From NCBI GenBank assembly GCA_964513645.1, contig CAZENF010000002.1, positions 8,090 through 72,089 of the forward strand: a stretch of DNA of 64,000 nt, read 5' to 3'. Below, piece after piece: positions 26,756 through 37,439 of the stretch. How positions within the stretch are numbered: the stretch's first letter is position 1; each line of letters starts with the position of its first letter. Origin of the DNA: an uncultured Candidatus Saccharibacteria bacterium. GTDB lineage: Bacteria; Patescibacteriota; Minisyncoccia; 2-02-FULL-40-12; GWA2-44-9. Under the pieces are notes generated by a model. That model did no database searches. It saw nothing but the letters and a program-made list of their open reading frames with translations, and was not told the origin of the DNA. The position numbers and the translations under genes were made by a program.

Positions 26756-29700
26756 ATGAAATTCACCCATTTACACACTCACTCCCATTACTCGCTCCTG
26801 GACGGACTCTCGAAAGTGGATGATCTGGTCAATCGGGCAAAAGAAATGGGAATGGAATCTTTAGCTTTGACCGATCATGGCGTCATGTATGGCGCCATTG
26901 AGTTTTATATGAAAGCCAAGAAGGCCGGCATCAAGCCGATAATCGGATGCGAGATCTATGTTTCAGAAAACTCAATGCACGATAAGCGTCCCAATATCGA
27001 TAATAAGCGTTATCACCTTATACTTTTAGCGAGAAGCACTGAAGGTTACAAAAACCTCATCCAAATTGTCAGTGCTGCACACATTGACGGCTACTATTAC
27101 AAGCCCAGAGTAGATAAGAACTTCCTTCGCGGTCATTCAGAAGGACTGATCGCATTATCAGCTTGCTTAGGTGGAGAATTATCGAGAACCCTCCAGACGA
27201 AAAGCTATGAAGATGCAAAAAAAACTGCTTTAGAACATCAGGAAATATTCGGTAAAGGAAACTATTACATAGAAATTCAGGTCCATCCCCACATAAACGA
27301 CCAGAACATCGTTACCCCAAAACTAATAAAGCTATCCAAAGAAACCGGCATACCGATGGTCGCCACCCAGGACTCTCATTATACCCATTCGGAAGATGCT
27401 CACGCGCATGACGTTCTTTTAGCCGTTCAAACTGGCAATAAACTTGATGACGCCGACCGACTGACAATGCGCGAAGACGACTTTTCCCTTCTTTCAGGAG
27501 AAAAAGTTTATGAAAAATTTAAAATCATCGGTGAAGAAGATGCTCGAACAGCAATAGAGAACACGAACAAAATAGCTAATGAGTGTGACTTGGAACTTAC
27601 CTTAGGTAAATTTATATTTCCGAATTTCGCTCTTGAGCCCGGTAAGACCGCAGATGAAATGTTGGCTGAATTGACCAAGGAAGGAATGAAAAAGCATGAC
27701 TTAGACAATGATCCCCAGGCCGAAGAAAGGAGATCATACGAACTTGGTGTCATTAAAAGTAAAAATTATGCTCCCTATTTCCTGGTTGTTGCCGATATCC
27801 TCCGTTTTGCCCATGAGCGCCACATATATACGACGGTCAGAGGTTCGGTCGCGGGTTCTCTGGTTGCTTACTTATCCGGCATAACTAACGTGGATCCGAT
27901 GGATTTCCAACTTCCATTTGAAAGATTCCTTAACCCTTTCCGGCCTTCCGCGCCTGATATCGACATGGATTTCGCCGATAACCGCCGGGAAGAAGTTGTT
28001 GAATATGCTAAACAAAAATACGGTTCGGATAAAGTGGCACAAATTGTCACCTTTGGTACGATGCTGGCCCGAGGTGCGGTCCGTGATGTTGCCAGAGCGC
28101 TTGGCAAACCCTACGAGACCGGCGACAAGATCGCTAAGCTGATACCAATGGGTTCTCAAGGCTTCCCGATGACAATAGACCATGCCATGGAGCTTGACCC
28201 TGAATTAAAAAACCTCTACCAACAGAACGTTGAGGCAAGAGAAATTTTAGATATAGCCAGGAAACTTGAAGGCACCGTCCGCCATGCATCCGTTCATGCG
28301 GCCGGAGTTGTTATAAGTCCTCAAAAGCTGACAGAATATACGCCCATCCAATATGACCCGAAAGAGAATAACAAACTTATCACCCAATATGATATGTACA
28401 CCGTCGGTGAAGATGGCGTTGGTCTGACCAAACTTGATTTTTTGGGCATCCGAAATTTGGCGATCCTCGAAAACGCGGTCCAATTGGTCAAAGAACATCA
28501 GAATAAAGATATAAATATCGAAGAGATACCTTTTAATGACAAGAAAACATTTGCAATGTTGGCCAAAGGCGAAACCGAAGGCCTTTTCCAATTAAATGGT
28601 TCCGGTATGACCAAATATCTCGTCGATCTTAAACCGACGACCATTCACGACATAAACGCCATGATCGCTTTATACCGGCCCGGCCCAATAAATAACATCC
28701 CAGAATACATTGCCCGCAAAAAAGGCCGGAGTTCAATAAAGTATTTTCATCCTAAAGCTGAAAAATTCCTTGATAAATCATATGGCATCCTGGTTTATCA
28801 GGACGACCTTCTTTTTACTGCAATGGAACTTGCCGGTTATGACTGGGAGTCCGTCGATAAATTCAGAAAGGCGGTTGGGAAAAAGATCCCGGCTGAAATG
28901 GCCAAGCAGCATGAGATATTCGTTCAGGGCTGTCAAAGCCATAGCGGAATTTCAAAAGAAAAAGCCGAACAGATCTGGAATCTTTTCGAACCTTTCCAGG
29001 GCTATGGTTTCAACAAAGCTCACGCTGCCTGTTACGGACGCGTCGCTTACCAAACCGCTTACATGAAAGCCAACTTTCCTTCTGAATACATGTGCGCCGT
29101 CCTAACCGCTGAATCAGGCGAAACAGAAAAGATCGCTGAAATAATTTCGGATTGCAAAAGGATGAATATTCCAGTCCTTCCGCCAGACATTAACAGTTCT
29201 TTTGAGAAATTCACGGTAATTAAAGGGGATAAAGACCAGATACGCTTCGGCCTCCTGACCATTAAAAACCTCGGTGAGAACATAGCCAAGGCGATAATCG
29301 CCGAACGGACAATGAACGGGCCCTTCAAAAACATCGATGATTTTGTGACGAGAGTTCAAAACAAAGATTTGAACAAAAAATCACTTGAAAGTCTTATAAA
29401 ATGCGGGGCCTTGGATAATTTTGAAGAAAGAAATACCTTGTTAAGCAACATTGAGGCGCTCTTGTCCCACTCCCGCGACAAACAAAAGCAAGCTTCGACC
29501 GGACAAATAAGTTTGTTCGGGGATTCCGTCGATGCCGCTTTGCCCGGATTACGGCTCATCCAAAACGAACCGGCTAAAAGCTGGGAAAAATTAATGTGGG
29601 AAAAAGAACTTCTGGGACTTTATGTCTCTGACCATCCCTTGAACAGTTACCAAACTCAATTCAAACTTGAGAAAGTTATGCCGATAAATACAATTTCGGT

Positions 29701-29965
29701 AAATACAACAGGGTCAATAAAGATCGGCGGCGTCATTACTAAGATCCAGAAAATAATGACCAAAACCGGCCGGCCGATGCTCTTCTCGCATGTTGAAGAC
29801 CTGACCTCAAAGATAGAACTCGTTGTTTTCCCTAACGTTCTTGAGAAAAACCCTGAAGTTTGGAAAGAGAACAATATTGTTATCGCCCGAGGCAAGGTCA
29901 ACGACCGCGACGGAGCGATAAAGCTGCTCTGCGATGACGTTAAGCCACTTACTCTGGGCGCTTAA
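26756..29965 (+). CDS. dnaE: DNA polymerase III alpha subunit
   Basis: A PHP domain (HLHTHSHYSLLDG), polymerase-core and OB-fold regions. The start is probably MKFTHLH at 26756; the track ORF starts at 26726. Confidence 0.9.
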   Translation: MKFTHLHTHSHYSLLDGLSKVDDLVNRAKEMGMESLALTDHGVMYGAIEFYMKAKKAGIKPIIGCEIYVSENSMHDKRPNIDNKRYHLILLARSTEGYKNLIQIVSAAHIDGYYYKPRVDKNFLRGHSEGLIALSACLGGELSRTLQTKSYEDAKKTALEHQEIFGKGNYYIEIQVHPHINDQNIVTPKLIKLSKETGIPMVATQDSHYTHSEDAHAHDVLLAVQTGNKLDDADRLTMREDDFSLLSGEKVYEKFKIIGEEDARTAIENTNKIANECDLELTLGKFIFPNFALEPGKTADEMLAELTKEGMKKHDLDNDPQAEERRSYELGVIKSKNYAPYFLVVADILRFAHERHIYTTVRGSVAGSLVAYLSGITNVDPMDFQLPFERFLNPFRPSAPDIDMDFADNRREEVVEYAKQKYGSDKVAQIVTFGTMLARGAVRDVARALGKPYETGDKIAKLIPMGSQGFPMTIDHAMELDPELKNLYQQNVEAREILDIARKLEGTVRHASVHAAGVVISPQKLTEYTPIQYDPKENNKLITQYDMYTVGEDGVGLTKLDFLGIRNLAILENAVQLVKEHQNKDINIEEIPFNDKKTFAMLAKGETEGLFQLNGSGMTKYLVDLKPTTIHDINAMIALYRPGPINNIPEYIARKKGRSSIKYFHPKAEKFLDKSYGILVYQDDLLFTAMELAGYDWESVDKFRKAVGKKIPAEMAKQHEIFVQGCQSHSGISKEKAEQIWNLFEPFQGYGFNKAHAACYGRVAYQTAYMKANFPSEYMCAVLTAESGETEKIAEIISDCKRMNIPVLPPDINSSFEKFTVIKGDKDQIRFGLLTIKNLGENIAKAIIAERTMNGPFKNIDDFVTRVQNKDLNKKSLESLIKCGALDNFEERNTLLSNIEALLSHSRDKQKQASTGQISLFGDSVDAALPGLRLIQNEPAKSWEKLMWEKELLGLYVSDHPLNSYQTQFKLEKVMPINTISVNTTGSIKIGGVITKIQKIMTKTGRPMLFSHVEDLTSKIELVVFPNVLEKNPEVWKENNIVIARGKVNDRDGAIKLLCDDVKPLTLGA

Positions 29966-30019
29966 AACTAAACCGTCGGGTCTTTTTTAACTCGGGCTTT
30001 TTTGTTATTATGATTCCTA

Positions 30020-31774
30020 ATGGTAAAAGACCTTGAGAAAATACGACACTCCCTTGCCCACCTTCTGGGTGCGGCTGTTTTGGAATTATACCCAGGCTCA
30101 AAACTCGCTATCGGCCCGGCCATCGATGACGGATTTTACTACGACATTGATATCAAAGGCAAAATTTCGGATGATGACCTGTCAAAGATAGAAGACAAGA
30201 TGAAAGATATCCTCAAGACCTGGGACAAATTCGAAGGCAAAGAAACTTCTGCCAAAGAAGCTCTGAAATTATTTAAAGATAATCCATTCAAAGAAGAACT
30301 GATAAAAGACCTTGACGAGAAGAAAGAAAAAATAACCCTATATACCTCGGGTGAATTTACCGACCTTTGCCGAGGCGGCCACGTTGAAAATGCCAAAGAC
30401 ATTAAGCCCGACTCTTTCAAATTATCCCATGTTGCCGGTGCTTACTGGCGTGGCAGCGAAAAGAATCCGCAGCTTACCAGAATATATGGTCTCGCCTTTG
30501 AAACCAAAACAGATCTCGAAAAACATCTGGTTATGCTCGAAGAAGCAAAAAAGCGCGACCACCGCAAACTCGGAAAAGAACTTAAGCTTTTTACTTTTAG
30601 TGATTATGTCGGGCCCGGTCTGCCTATTTGGCTGCCGAATGGCACTATCTTAATAGAGGAACTTGAAAAACTCGCCAAAGAAACCGAACTTAAAGCCGGT
30701 TACAAGCAAGTCCGCACCCCTCATATCGCAAAAGAGGAAATGTATAAAACATCAGGTCACCTGCCGTATTATGCCGAGAGCATGTTCCCGCCGATGGTAA
30801 TGAAGGAAGAGAATAGTGAAGAGGTCTACTACCTTAAAGCAATGAACTGTCCTCACCACCACCAGATATATGCGGCTGAAACAAGAAGTTACCGTGATCT
30901 GCCCTTGCGTCTGGCTGAATATGGCACCGTCTACCGCTATGAAAAAAGTGGCGAACTTTTCGGATTAATGAGGGTTCGAATGCTTTCAATGAATGATGCC
31001 CATATCTATACCATCGAAGAGCAGTTTGCTGACGAGTTCAGGGCGGTGAATGATATGTACCTACATTATTTTAAATTGTTCGGCATTGATAAATATGTAA
31101 TGAGGTTTTCAACTCACGATTCGAAAGAACTCGGCAAAAAATATATCGACAATCCTAAACTCTGGAAGAAAACCGAGGATATGGTCAGGACCGTATTAAA
31201 AGAGAGTGGAATAAATTATATTGAAGTACCGAACGAAGCAGCCTTTTATGGTCCCAAAATAGACGTCCAAATCTGGAGCTCAATTGGCCGAGAATTCACT
31301 ATTGCCACCAATCAGGTTGATTTTGCACAACCTGAAAGATTCGGCCTGACTTACGTTGACACTGATGGAAAAAATAAAACCCCGATCGTAATTCACCGAG
31401 CACCCTTAGGAACACACGAAAGATTTATCGGTTTTCTTATCGAGCATTACGCCGGCGCTTTTCCGGTCTGGCTCTCTCCTGTTCAGGCCATTGTTCTGCC
31501 GATATCCGAAAAACAATCTGAATATGCCGAAAAGGTTCTTAAAGAACTAAAGGAAAACGGTATCCGATCCGAAATCGATCTTTCCAATGAAACTCTCGGC
31601 AAAAAAATAAGGAATTCTGAAACGAGAAAAATCCCCTACCTGTTGGTGGTTGGAGACAAAGAGGTTCAGGCTGAAAAAGTTGCCGTCAGACAAAGAGGTA
31701 AGGGTGATGCAGGACAATTAAAACTTGGTGACTTCGTCAAAAAAATAAAAGAAGAGATCTCTCAAAAAACATAA
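30020..31774 (+). CDS. thrS: Threonyl-tRNA synthetase, short form lacking the N-terminal TGS domain
   Basis: A class II core (HRKLGKEL, MNCPHHHQIY) and an anticodon-binding domain. Confidence 0.92.
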   Translation: MVKDLEKIRHSLAHLLGAAVLELYPGSKLAIGPAIDDGFYYDIDIKGKISDDDLSKIEDKMKDILKTWDKFEGKETSAKEALKLFKDNPFKEELIKDLDEKKEKITLYTSGEFTDLCRGGHVENAKDIKPDSFKLSHVAGAYWRGSEKNPQLTRIYGLAFETKTDLEKHLVMLEEAKKRDHRKLGKELKLFTFSDYVGPGLPIWLPNGTILIEELEKLAKETELKAGYKQVRTPHIAKEEMYKTSGHLPYYAESMFPPMVMKEENSEEVYYLKAMNCPHHHQIYAAETRSYRDLPLRLAEYGTVYRYEKSGELFGLMRVRMLSMNDAHIYTIEEQFADEFRAVNDMYLHYFKLFGIDKYVMRFSTHDSKELGKKYIDNPKLWKKTEDMVRTVLKESGINYIEVPNEAAFYGPKIDVQIWSSIGREFTIATNQVDFAQPERFGLTYVDTDGKNKTPIVIHRAPLGTHERFIGFLIEHYAGAFPVWLSPVQAIVLPISEKQSEYAEKVLKELKENGIRSEIDLSNETLGKKIRNSETRKIPYLLVVGDKEVQAEKVAVRQRGKGDAGQLKLGDFVKKIKEEISQKT

Positions 31775-31775
31775 A

Positions 31776-31800
31776 ACCCCGCCTTGGCGGGGTCAGATAT
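31776..31800. terminator. Rho-independent terminator
   Basis: ccccgcc-ttgg-cggggtc followed by a T-rich stretch. Confidence 0.55.
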
Positions 31801-32212
31801 TTTTGCCTGAATGAGCGGCAAAGAAAGAAGCGATAATTATCAAGATAACCGCTATCCATCCGCTGCGGTTAAAGGTCTCGCCGGCGGTCAATCTCATGAA
31901 AAAAACATAATTCATAAGATTGGCAATTACCGTAACTATCAGTCCGGTCGATAGCCCGTTAAAATATTTTATTGACAGAACGAAACTATAAGTGGTCAGT
32001 ACGGTTGCCCAAGGGTAACAGAATATACTGTTAAACAACCAACCAGCAACGGTAAATGAAGCCAGGCTTTTAAACACATGGTCACAAAATGGGAGTTTGT
32101 AATTCCCGAATTTTATCCGGGAATAGATCACTTCAAAATTAAAAAAGTTGAACCATATCTGGGCAGATATGGCCAAACCGTAGATTTGGAGGAAGCGTAA
32201 CATGTCTTTCAT
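31793..32212 (-). CDS. Small polytopic membrane protein (GtrA-like?)
   Basis: Four hydrophobic segments. The family assignment is weak. Confidence 0.35.
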   Translation of the reverse strand: MKDMLRFLQIYGLAISAQIWFNFFNFEVIYSRIKFGNYKLPFCDHVFKSLASFTVAGWLFNSIFCYPWATVLTTYSFVLSIKYFNGLSTGLIVTVIANLMNYVFFMRLTAGETFNRSGWIAVILIIIASFFAAHSGKNI

Positions 32213-32985
32213 GAGTCACCCTCTCTGCGTTCTTTATATTTTCCGTAAAAAATATATCCCAAAAACAATACTGCTAACACTGTGACCGTTTGCCAATTAA
32301 GCTTATTGATAATTACGTGCCAGCCAAGGACCATATATGCGGTCTTGGCAATATCACAGATTATCAGAACAACAAGATATTTCTTATTGTTTATCGAACG
32401 ACAGGTTATCATTGCAACCGTTCTGGCAAAAGGTTCAGGACTTACGGCTAAAACTATAAAGGCAATGCCGCCGCCACGTTTTAATAATTTCCAGAATCTA
32501 TGGTCCTGGTCGAACATTTTGTTATACCATGTGATGACCTCGGATTGAACCCAGCTGATAAATTGTTTGCTTGTTAAACCTTTCCTTCTGACGAGTTGGG
32601 TTTCTATTTCTTTTTCTATTTTTTCTCCAATCTCTTTGCCGATCTCAATGGCTTCCTGAACCAGCTTTTCTTTTTCGGCTTTTTCGGCCAGATTTTTGGC
32701 AATATATACGCTCAAGCCGCCTATCCAGCCTAAAAACCAGTAAGAGTAGGCGAGCAACAAAAGAGAAATGGTCTCTGAAATTAAAAATATGGACCATAAA
32801 GATAGTTGGGGTATAAGCCAGGACATATCTCCAAGGTCAAAAATTCCCCAGAAGATAAGGCGGCGCCGGGTCAGTGTTGGTATAACATTGCCGTCAATAT
32901 ACAGCAGACAGACAAGGCCCATGACGACAAAAGGCCAGATGAAAGGCCACCTTTTTCGCCACTTAGTAAACCAGTTGATTTTCAA
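32209..32985 (-). CDS. Hypothetical membrane protein with a central coiled-coil
   Basis: N-terminal transmembrane helices, a KAEKEKLVQEAIEIGKEIGEKIEKEIE segment, and it overlaps the downstream gene by 4 nt. Confidence 0.4.
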   Translation of the reverse strand: MKINWFTKWRKRWPFIWPFVVMGLVCLLYIDGNVIPTLTRRRLIFWGIFDLGDMSWLIPQLSLWSIFLISETISLLLLAYSYWFLGWIGGLSVYIAKNLAEKAEKEKLVQEAIEIGKEIGEKIEKEIETQLVRRKGLTSKQFISWVQSEVITWYNKMFDQDHRFWKLLKRGGGIAFIVLAVSPEPFARTVAMITCRSINNKKYLVVLIICDIAKTAYMVLGWHVIINKLNWQTVTVLAVLFLGYIFYGKYKERREGDS

Positions 32986-33031
32986 TGTACATCCTTCAAA
33001 AAACGGGGATATTCGGCTATACTAACCGAAA

Positions 33032-33928
33032 ATGGATAAAAAAACCACCGGGCAAAAGATTATCGTTATTGTCGGCCCAACTGCATCCGGAAAATCAGAC
33101 TTAGCCATTAAATTAGCCAAAAAACTCGGAGGTGAGATAATTTCGGCTGACAGCCGGCAAGTTTACCGTGGAATGGATATTGGGACTGGTAAAGTAACCA
33201 AAAAAGAACAAAAAATCGTGAAACATCACCTTATTGATATAATTTCCCCAAAAAACCAGTTCACGGTTTCAGAGTTTAAAAGATTGTCTGAAAAAGTGTT
33301 GGAAAAACTTTACACTCAAGGTAAGGTTCCCATAATTGTGGGCGGGACTGGGCTGTATATCGATGTTCTGACCGGCAGAATGGCTATCGCGGAAGTCCCG
33401 CCCAATAAAAAACTACGCGCGGAACTTGAGAAACAAACAGCAGAACAACTTTTCAAACATTTAGAAAAAATTGATCCGGCAAGAGCTGTCGATATCGACC
33501 GCCACAACAAGAGACGCCTGATAAGAGCTCTCGAAATAGTCGTCTCAACAAAAAAAACAATTCCCAAGAACACACCGATAAATAATTACCAGATACTATG
33601 GTTAGGGTTGAGACCTGCTAATTTGGAAAAAAGAATCAAAGATCGTTTAAACGAACGTCTCGAACACGGAATGGTATCAGAGACAAAAAAACTCCGCCAG
33701 AACGGTGTCACCTGGAAAAGACTCGACGACTTCGGCCTTGAATATAGATGGGCAGCAAGATCTTTAAAAAAAGAACTGGCCGAAAAAGAATTTCAGGAAA
33801 ACCTTTATAAGGATATTGTTCGATATTCAAAACGCCAGATGACCTGGTTCAAAAAAAACAAAGAGATACACTGGATAAAAAACTTAAAAGAGGCGGAGAG
33901 ACTGGTCTCTAACTTTCTTCGGGCTTAG
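33032..33928 (+). CDS. miaA: tRNA dimethylallyltransferase
   Basis: P-loop GPTASGKS and the SADSRQVYRGMDIGTGK motif. Confidence 0.9.
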   Translation: MDKKTTGQKIIVIVGPTASGKSDLAIKLAKKLGGEIISADSRQVYRGMDIGTGKVTKKEQKIVKHHLIDIISPKNQFTVSEFKRLSEKVLEKLYTQGKVPIIVGGTGLYIDVLTGRMAIAEVPPNKKLRAELEKQTAEQLFKHLEKIDPARAVDIDRHNKRRLIRALEIVVSTKKTIPKNTPINNYQILWLGLRPANLEKRIKDRLNERLEHGMVSETKKLRQNGVTWKRLDDFGLEYRWAARSLKKELAEKEFQENLYKDIVRYSKRQMTWFKKNKEIHWIKNLKEAERLVSNFLRA

Positions 33929-34136
33929 AGTCACTGGGTCCTAAAATTTCTGACTCTGGAGGAGTTTCTCTTTTCTTTTTTTCATCGTGTAGCCTTTCAT
34001 GCTCTCTTTCCATTGCCTGTCGTCTCCTTTCTTCCGCAAGTTCCCGTTCTATCTTCTCCTGCTGATGAAATTGTTTCTCCCCTCTCGAAACCTCACTGAA
34101 ACCTACCAATTTTGCGAAAAATTTTCTCATGATTAT

Positions 34137-35687
34137 CTATTTTAACATTTCTTTTAATATTCCTTCAACAACTTGAGGATTGGCTTTGCCTTTTGATTCA
34201 CGCATAACCATACCGATAAGGAATTTTAGAGGTGCTTCGTTCCCGGCTTTATAATCAAAAACTGCTTTGGTATTTCCGGCGATAACCTTTGCCACGATTT
34301 TATTGAGTTCTCCGGTATCAGAAACTTGACCAAGATCCTTTTCTCTCATTATTTCTTCAGGATGATTGCCGGTTTCCGCCATTACTTTAAGGACTTCCTT
34401 GGCTCCGGTTGAGGAAAGTTCTTTGTGAAATACCAAGACCATCAGTTCGGCAAACGCCTCAGCTGATATTTTTATACTTTCTATCGCTTCGTCCATTTCT
34501 GCTCCAGATGCCTTAAGAAGCCCAGGAAATTCAGTAATTATATAATTCGCGGCAAGAGAGTGGAGTTTTTCCAAGACGTGGGGTTCGTCAGGTTCACCGC
34601 CTTCGAGACCCTTTTTCTTATGGTAATCTTTGGCCGCCGCATCAAGTTCACTTGCCGTTTCTTCATAGTAATTACCGAGATGTTTTGAAAAGACGAAAAT
34701 ATCGATCTGGTTATCGGCTAAACCGTAATTTTTCTTGAAACGTTCGCGACGGCCCGAAGGCAATTCCGCCATCTCCGTCCTTATTTCTTCTATAGCAAAT
34801 GGTAGCGGCCCGCTTTGCTCCAAAGGAGCAAGCGAGGCTCGCCCATCCACATTTATGTGGATGGGCGGTAGGTCTGGTTCGGGAAAATAGCGATAATCAT
34901 GTGCTTCTTCTTTTGAACGCTGGCTGAATGTCTGTTTCTTATTCTCGTCCCAACCTCGTGTTTCCTGTTTTACCTTCTCTCCGTTATCAAGGAGTTCCGA
35001 CTGTCTCTTAATCTCATAGTCAACCGCATCTGCAGCGAATTTAATTGAATTCAGGTTCTTTATCTCAACCTTTGTCCCCCATTTTCCGGCAACGCCAGTC
35101 ATAGAAATATTGACCTCAACCCGCATTTCGCCCTTTTCCATATTCGCTTCTGAAATATTCAAATACTGCCAGATAAGTTGAAGCTCAGAGGCAAAATCTC
35201 TTACCTCTTGGCCGGTCTCAAAATCAGGCTCGGTAACAAGTTCCATCAACGGAACTCCGGCTCGGTTATAGTCGACAAGCGAATAATCCTTACCTGGCAG
35301 ATGGTAAAGACGTCCTGCATCTTCTTCCAGGTGAATTCGCGTAATTCGGAATTTTTTGCCTTTTATCTCAAGTTTCCCGTCATAACATAAAGGTTTTTGA
35401 TATTGAGAGATTTGATATCCTTTAGGCAGATCGGGGTAAAAATAATTTTTACGTTCAAAAAAAGTATCTTTTTCTATCTTGCAGTTCAAGGCCAGGCCGG
35501 CCATGATAACTTTGTTTACCGCCTCCCCGTTTATAACCGGCAAAGTCCCCGGATGACCCATACATATCGGACAAACATTAATGTTCGGGTGTTTTTCATC
35601 CGGGTCATTTAAAGAATCACAAAACATTTTTGTCTTGGTTCTTAGTTCGGCGTGTATTTCCAATCCTATCACCGGCTTATATGGCAT
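34137..35687 (-). CDS. gatB: Asp/Glu-tRNA amidotransferase subunit B
   Basis: MPYKPVIGLEIHAEL and a C-terminal GatB/YqeY domain. Confidence 0.92.
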   Translation of the reverse strand: MPYKPVIGLEIHAELRTKTKMFCDSLNDPDEKHPNINVCPICMGHPGTLPVINGEAVNKVIMAGLALNCKIEKDTFFERKNYFYPDLPKGYQISQYQKPLCYDGKLEIKGKKFRITRIHLEEDAGRLYHLPGKDYSLVDYNRAGVPLMELVTEPDFETGQEVRDFASELQLIWQYLNISEANMEKGEMRVEVNISMTGVAGKWGTKVEIKNLNSIKFAADAVDYEIKRQSELLDNGEKVKQETRGWDENKKQTFSQRSKEEAHDYRYFPEPDLPPIHINVDGRASLAPLEQSGPLPFAIEEIRTEMAELPSGRRERFKKNYGLADNQIDIFVFSKHLGNYYEETASELDAAAKDYHKKKGLEGGEPDEPHVLEKLHSLAANYIITEFPGLLKASGAEMDEAIESIKISAEAFAELMVLVFHKELSSTGAKEVLKVMAETGNHPEEIMREKDLGQVSDTGELNKIVAKVIAGNTKAVFDYKAGNEAPLKFLIGMVMRESKGKANPQVVEGILKEMLK

Positions 35688-35715
35688 AATTAATTAATTT
35701 ATCACGATTTTACCA

Positions 35716-35740
35716 ATAAAAAAAGCCCCTATCAGGGCTG
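35716..35740 (-). terminator. Rho-independent terminator overlapping the thyX stop codon
   Basis: On the minus strand, agccc-tgata-ggggct followed by ttttttt. Confidence 0.65.
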
Positions 35741-36640
35741 TATTAATTTTAGTTTTTTTAATTTTCCCACGAACTCATCTTTCTCCCTCTTATTGTTCAT
35801 GTATAAGGTTAGGCTTGCCAAGGTCTGCTCTTCTGTTCTTGGCCAGGCAAATTTTTGAATGATATTTATTTCTGGACCAGATAATGTCATAGAATCAACT
35901 CTGTAATCCAAAAAGGCCTTGTAAGCGATCGGCACAGATTCTTGAACGATATGCCCAAGACTTTGTCCATAAACCTGAATTTCATGCTGGGCATGACTAT
36001 CCAATCGTAAACGGAGAAAATGCATTAAATTGTGAAGATCTATCTTCCAATACCATTGGGTGTAATTCGCGACCGAAAGACCGATCCTGGCCAATTCTCT
36101 GGCCAGATTCAGGTCAAGGAATTTCCTGTATTTATCGTATTGCGAGACATATTCGGATTTTAGTACATCGAGTATAAACTGCTGCTGATCCGAACTAAGT
36201 TCGTCTCCCCTTCCTTGTCTGTTGCCGGAAGATTGGCTCCGAATCTGAGAAATATCCGGAATATAAAACTCATCAAGCATTTCCGAATAACGTCCTGAGT
36301 ACTCGTTCACGCTCGCCATCCGATGCCGAATCCACTGACGGGCAACGAAAATAGGCATCTTACAGTGAAATTTAAACTCGACCATTTCAAAAGGCGTCGT
36401 ATGAGCATGCCGCAATAGATAGCGTATAAGACCCTCATTGGTATTAATCTTTTTTGTACCTTCGCCGTAGGAAACGCGAGCAGCCTGGGCAATAGCTTGA
36501 TCATTACCCATATAATCAACAAGGTAAACGAAACCATGGTCAAGACATTTTACAGGACGGTTGAGCCATTTCTCGGCGCCCTCGCTAACAGATCTCAAGG
36601 TTGTATGATATTCCTCTATGATCCTATCCGGCAGATCCAC
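35732..36640 (-). CDS. thyX: Flavin-dependent thymidylate synthase
   Basis: The ThyX RHRxxS motif appears as QWIRHRMASVNEYSGRY. Confidence 0.9.
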   Translation of the reverse strand: MDLPDRIIEEYHTTLRSVSEGAEKWLNRPVKCLDHGFVYLVDYMGNDQAIAQAARVSYGEGTKKINTNEGLIRYLLRHAHTTPFEMVEFKFHCKMPIFVARQWIRHRMASVNEYSGRYSEMLDEFYIPDISQIRSQSSGNRQGRGDELSSDQQQFILDVLKSEYVSQYDKYRKFLDLNLARELARIGLSVANYTQWYWKIDLHNLMHFLRLRLDSHAQHEIQVYGQSLGHIVQESVPIAYKAFLDYRVDSMTLSGPEINIIQKFAWPRTEEQTLASLTLYMNNKREKDEFVGKLKKLKLIQP

Positions 36641-36692
36641 TTATAGACTCCTTTTTAAAGTACGGTGTCAGAATATTACCAAAGATTTTTAA

Positions 36693-36721
36693 ATAAAAAA
36701 AGCCCTTCGTAATTAAGGGCT
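36693..36721 (-). terminator. Rho-independent terminator
   Basis: On the minus strand, agccctt-aattacg-aagggct followed by ttttttt. Confidence 0.6.
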
Positions 36722-37382
36722 ATTTCGGATCTATTTCCAATACTTTCGACAAAATTTCCCAGACATCATCAAATATCACCTTCGGATCGCGATTGCCGTC
36801 AACAATATGACAATTGGGGTACATATTTGCAAACTGGGTATAGTTATCCCGAACCTGAAGTTGTTTTGTGGGATTTTCGAATTCATCTTTCGGACGATTC
36901 GCGGCTTTGGCCCGCTCGCTAAATACCTCGATAGGGATATCGAAGATGATATTGGCATCTGGCCAAACAAAAGGAACTTCAGCTCCTAAAAAGAATTGCC
37001 ACTGTATCTCCATTAGGTGACGAATATCGCCGATATGACTCGCGCCGAAAACAACTGACAATGGACCACGATCCATCATCACTGATTCACCTCTTTCAAG
37101 AGCCGGTATGACGTTTCGCTTGTAATCATGAACTCTGTCCCGGAAATACCAGGCCTGAAATTCATAAGAATGCATTTCGCCAAGTCTATAGAGCTTGTGG
37201 CGACCAAACAAGACATCATATATCTCCTTATCTACCGGTTCTTTGAGATATTGAACCTTTAATTTGGGAAAATAAGCTGACAAATATTTCTTTACTCTGT
37301 CGTACTGTTCGCTTTTCCCGGAAAAATCTATTCCTTCAAAACTAACAAATTTGCCTGAGTAAGGTTTTGGCACGATATTCAT
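36720..37382 (-). CDS. Thymidylate kinase-like (d)NMP kinase
   Basis: The P-loop FEGIDFSGKSEQ resembles the Tmk signature xEGxDGxGKxT. It sits between thyX and the dCMP deaminase. Confidence 0.5.
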   Translation of the reverse strand: MNIVPKPYSGKFVSFEGIDFSGKSEQYDRVKKYLSAYFPKLKVQYLKEPVDKEIYDVLFGRHKLYRLGEMHSYEFQAWYFRDRVHDYKRNVIPALERGESVMMDRGPLSVVFGASHIGDIRHLMEIQWQFFLGAEVPFVWPDANIIFDIPIEVFSERAKAANRPKDEFENPTKQLQVRDNYTQFANMYPNCHIVDGNRDPKVIFDDVWEILSKVLEIDPK

Positions 37383-37439
37383 CCTTTTAAATAGCTTAAG
37401 AGATTTTACAAAAAAAATTGATTCTAAACAAGTTCATAA